From Schizochytrium sp. TIO01 (lineage: Eukaryota > Protista > Bigyra: Labyrinthulomycetes), in contig SMSO01000031.1 of assembly GCA_004764695.1 (NCBI GenBank), positions 782,436 through 846,435 on the forward strand: a stretch of DNA of 64,000 bases. The letters run 5' to 3'. Position numbers and translations under genes: made by a program. The notes under the pieces are model-generated. The model did not search any database. It saw nothing but the letters and a program-made list of their open reading frames with translations, and was not told the origin of the DNA. This document shows, piece by piece, positions 60,837 through 64,000 of this stretch (positions are counted from its first letter, which is position 1; each line of letters opens with the position of its first letter).

Positions 60837-62643
60837 ATGCGACACACACCTGAGCACAATAAGTCCGGTGACGGCAACAACAACGATGATAGCAACAACA
60901 ACAACTTCAACCAGCGCCTGAAATGGATCGTGGAGGACGCTGGCGAAGAGCAGCCGCATGTGGACAACCGCATTCACCTCCCGCACGAGGACGGCACCTC
61001 TTCTCCCGGATCAGAGCCTACCTCGCTCTCAGCATCGGTTGAGGCACTCATGAGCATGGCTAACCAGATGGGCATTACCAGCAGCTCCCGCAAGCGCAAG
61101 CTTAACGCCGAGCAGCTTTTTGAGCAGCAGCAGCTTCTCTTGCTCGCTAAGCAAATGGCATCCCAGCTCCAAGAGCAGCAGCAACAGCAAAACAACATCA
61201 ACATGAACGCCGTCAACAACTCAAACATTGTTGGTGCCGCTTGTGGATCCGTTGTCTCCCGCTCACCATCCACAGAATCCCGTACTTCAACACCGCCCTT
61301 AAACATGATGAACTACCACAGCTTGCCCAGTTCTCCGGGCACCGTAAACTCCACCACAACACCTGCCTCTTCGACCTTAAACATGAACAACACTGCAACC
61401 TCCAACGCCAATGTCCACGTGTGCGACTACCCTGGATGTGACCGTGTTGTTGGTGGCGCAGGCCTTGTCTGCATTCGCCACGCAGCAGGTCGCCGCTGTG
61501 ATGTCCCGGGTTGCTTTAAGTCTGCCCAAGGTCGCACAACCCGCTGCAAGGCCCACGGTGGAGGTCGCAGATGCTCTGTGGCTGGATGCTCCAAGTCTGC
61601 CCAGGGTTCTACTGATCTTTGCAAGGCTCATGGCGGTGGCAAGAGGTGCAAGACCCCTGGATGCACCAAGGCAGCTCGCGGATCAACAGACTTTTGCATT
61701 GCTCACGGTGGTGGCCGCAGATGTGCCAATGACAACTGCGACAAGTCTGCTGTTGGCTCCACTAACTACTGTGTGAAGCACGGCGGCGGAAGACGGTGCT
61801 CTGTTGGAGGATGCGGCAAAAGTGCTCGTGGAGGCAGCCCGTTCTGCGCCAAGCATGGCACCCAGCACCGCAAGATGCTTGCAGCATCAACCATGGGCCA
61901 GAACCACACACAAAGCAACACTTTTGCAGCACCGCAGCAGCCAACTCAACAGCAAAACAATGCTGTTAATGTGCAATTGAACCCGCCCTCAATCTCCGCA
62001 GCACCTACCCAGCACCCGGTCATGCGCCCTACCCCCTCAAGGCCCCAGGAGCATCACATCCAGCAGAGTACTCTTGGATCCCTTGGCTTCGAGCAGCAGG
62101 ACATCCCGCATAACAACAACAGCAACAATGGCAACTCCATTTTGCTTAACAACTCGTTCATGAACCTGAGCCTCTTGCAGCAGCAGGAGGAGACCAAGAA
62201 GCTTCTTGAACAGCAGGAGCAGCAGCGTCGCCTCGAACAGGAGCAGCGCCTTCGCAACATTTTGCTCATGAACCTTCACAGCGACTCTGTGCGCCAGTTC
62301 CAGCAGGAACAAGAACAGCAGCAACGTGAACGCGAGCAACAGCAACAACGCGAGCGCCAATTCCAACAGCAGCAGCTCTTTAACTCTATCCAGCGCGAGC
62401 AGCAAGCAGCAGCAACAACAACAACAACAATCCCAAATTAACGCGCAGTCTATCATTGATGCCCTTCGTGCACGTGCCGCTACACCGCCGCAGCAGCAAC
62501 AGCAACACAGCCTGAACGACTTTGCCGCTCTTCAGGAGCAGCTCGCAAAGCTTCAGGCACTCCAGCAGCTGCAGAACCTCGAGCAGCACCGCGCCAAGTC
62601 GCCGAAGCTCTCCGAGGACATGGGCCACCACCACCACCATTAA
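60837..62643 (+). CDS. WRKY19-like zinc-finger repeat protein (six C-x4-C-x10-C-x2-H-GGG units), N/Q-rich putative transcription factor; 1-bp frameshift at ~62404
   Basis: First in-frame ATG at 60837. Six 25-aa repeats at 61422-61859 (e.g. RRCSVAGCSKSAQGSTDLCKAHGGG), an NLS-like RKRK and polyQ/polyN tracts. The frame as given stops at 62441, but removing one A at 62404/62405 joins the coding-like frame QQQSQINAQSIIDALR...MGHHHHH* ending at 62643 (601 aa). No WRKYGQK motif, so not a true WRKY. Confidence 0.9.
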
Positions 62644-64000
62644 ATTAAACTCATCTGGCGGTCGCGAAAGCAAAACACACACAAGACACAGACACGTGCT
62701 GCATTTGCAGAACACGCATAATACGCAAACAGTAAAACATGGCCACCGCAGCGGAGGCGTGTTTTCATCAATCCACGGCATCTTTTAAATTTTTGCGTTG
62801 ATTGAAAGGATGCTGAGCCTAGCGAACATCCAATTCATTCATCCATTCATCCCTTTTAGTAGTAGTACCATCATCAAACCAAACCAACCAACGAAACAGA
62901 ACCCTTAGTAGAGTTTTGTGAACATATAGCCTGAATACACGTAGACCATAGTCTGAAATGAATTTGTCTTTTTTATTTTATCGTATCCCTTTCTCTCCCA
63001 TAGCTTTATTCTTTTAGATATCACCAAATCTTGTCCCAGAACCAAAAATATTCTCAAGGCCATCCCAAACGTCTTATTGCCTTTCTTGTGTAGGTTGTGC
63101 TTGATTTATTAAAAAGGAGTCAAGCTTTTCACAATGCGATTGCTTTGTTTAACCTAAACATAATAAGAAAGAAGTACGTCTTCGAGACCTTCCAGCACCC
63201 ATGCCTGCATGCTTCTAATCTTGTATCAAGCTTGGATCGCAGAAAACCGGCACAGAAAATGATGCTGATGCAAACTCTATCGATTGCTTGCTTCTCCTTG
63301 ATCGCAGGAAAGTAGAAGTAGTAGGTACGGATACCCCAAACGAGCTCATTACGATTGCTTGCGTCTTTGTCTAAATCTAAGCACTAGGATTTCCCCATGA
63401 ACAGATGCTATGGCGCGAAAGCGCTCCTGGGCACCGGAAAGAAGTCGTGTGATCGCGCCTCTGAAAGCAAAGCCCAGGAACGCAGTCCAAGAATTCCAAC
63501 AAGTACCTACGCGTACAACAAAGCTGACCTACTTGCAAGATGCGTATCTATCATGCTATTTATATCCGCGGATACGAGGAGAGTGCAAAGATCTTCCTTC
63601 CAATGGTGTTTGATAAATAAATAAAATCGTTACTTCGTGACTTGCAGGTGTACTTTCCCCCCTCCCCCTCTTCTTCCCCCTTCTACAGGACCAGGTTTCA
63701 AGGTACTTCAAGCTCTTGACATCCATTTCAAGGTTTCTATTTTATTTTATTTTATTTCATTCCCCCCTTGCTGTCACTTTCCCCGTTTTCAAGTGAATTG
63801 CTTCAATTCAATTCTTTCACTTTAGTGTTTTCCTCGAAGTTTTGATCTTATTGGTTGTTTTTTATTTTATGAAAAACTTATAAAAACGACGAACGACCCG
63901 GAGCAAGAATGGAAAACTTCGTTTCTGAGCTATAGCTTCCCAAGACCGAGAACTGGCCAAAGGGAGCCTGAACGTAACATTGACAGGAATGTGACGACCA

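Noticed and set aside
1-64000. CRISPR array, rRNA, tRNA, Fanzor/TnpB or viral genes
   Set aside because: No regularly spaced repeat-spacer array or diagnostic motifs seen; all tandem repeats are simple satellites.

Overview
Eukaryotic, very gene-poor, microsatellite-rich window. The intronless polyQ regulators, WRKY19-like zinc-finger repeats and codon usage suggest a stramenopile protist such as a labyrinthulomycete/thraustochytrid; this is inference only. Only two intact-looking genes are supported, both + strand putative transcriptional regulators. One is a 435-aa protein with two TAZ zinc fingers (TAZ2-type then TAZ1-type, no HAT domain) at 8345-9652. The other is a ~601-aa WRKY19-like C-x4-C-x10-C-x2-H repeat protein at 60837-62643, with a 1-bp frameshift in a CAG/CAA tract. 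About 51 kb between them contains no intact gene. It holds heavily decayed Ty1/copia LTR-retrotransposon pieces (~9.9-14.6 kb; more at ~1-2.5 kb) whose domain blocks switch strand, including a head-to-head pair of related RT/RNase H relics. It also holds several AT-rich, stop-riddled TPR-like gene relics and many simple repeats. The most striking local signal is an undamaged 54-codon fragment of pyruvate kinase (beta-barrel B domain), bounded by an exact 8-bp direct repeat and inserted into one of the dead RT copies. I found no rRNA, tRNA or CRISPR array. All relic calls are by-eye motif recognition across stops and frameshifts and need HMM/tBLASTn confirmation.
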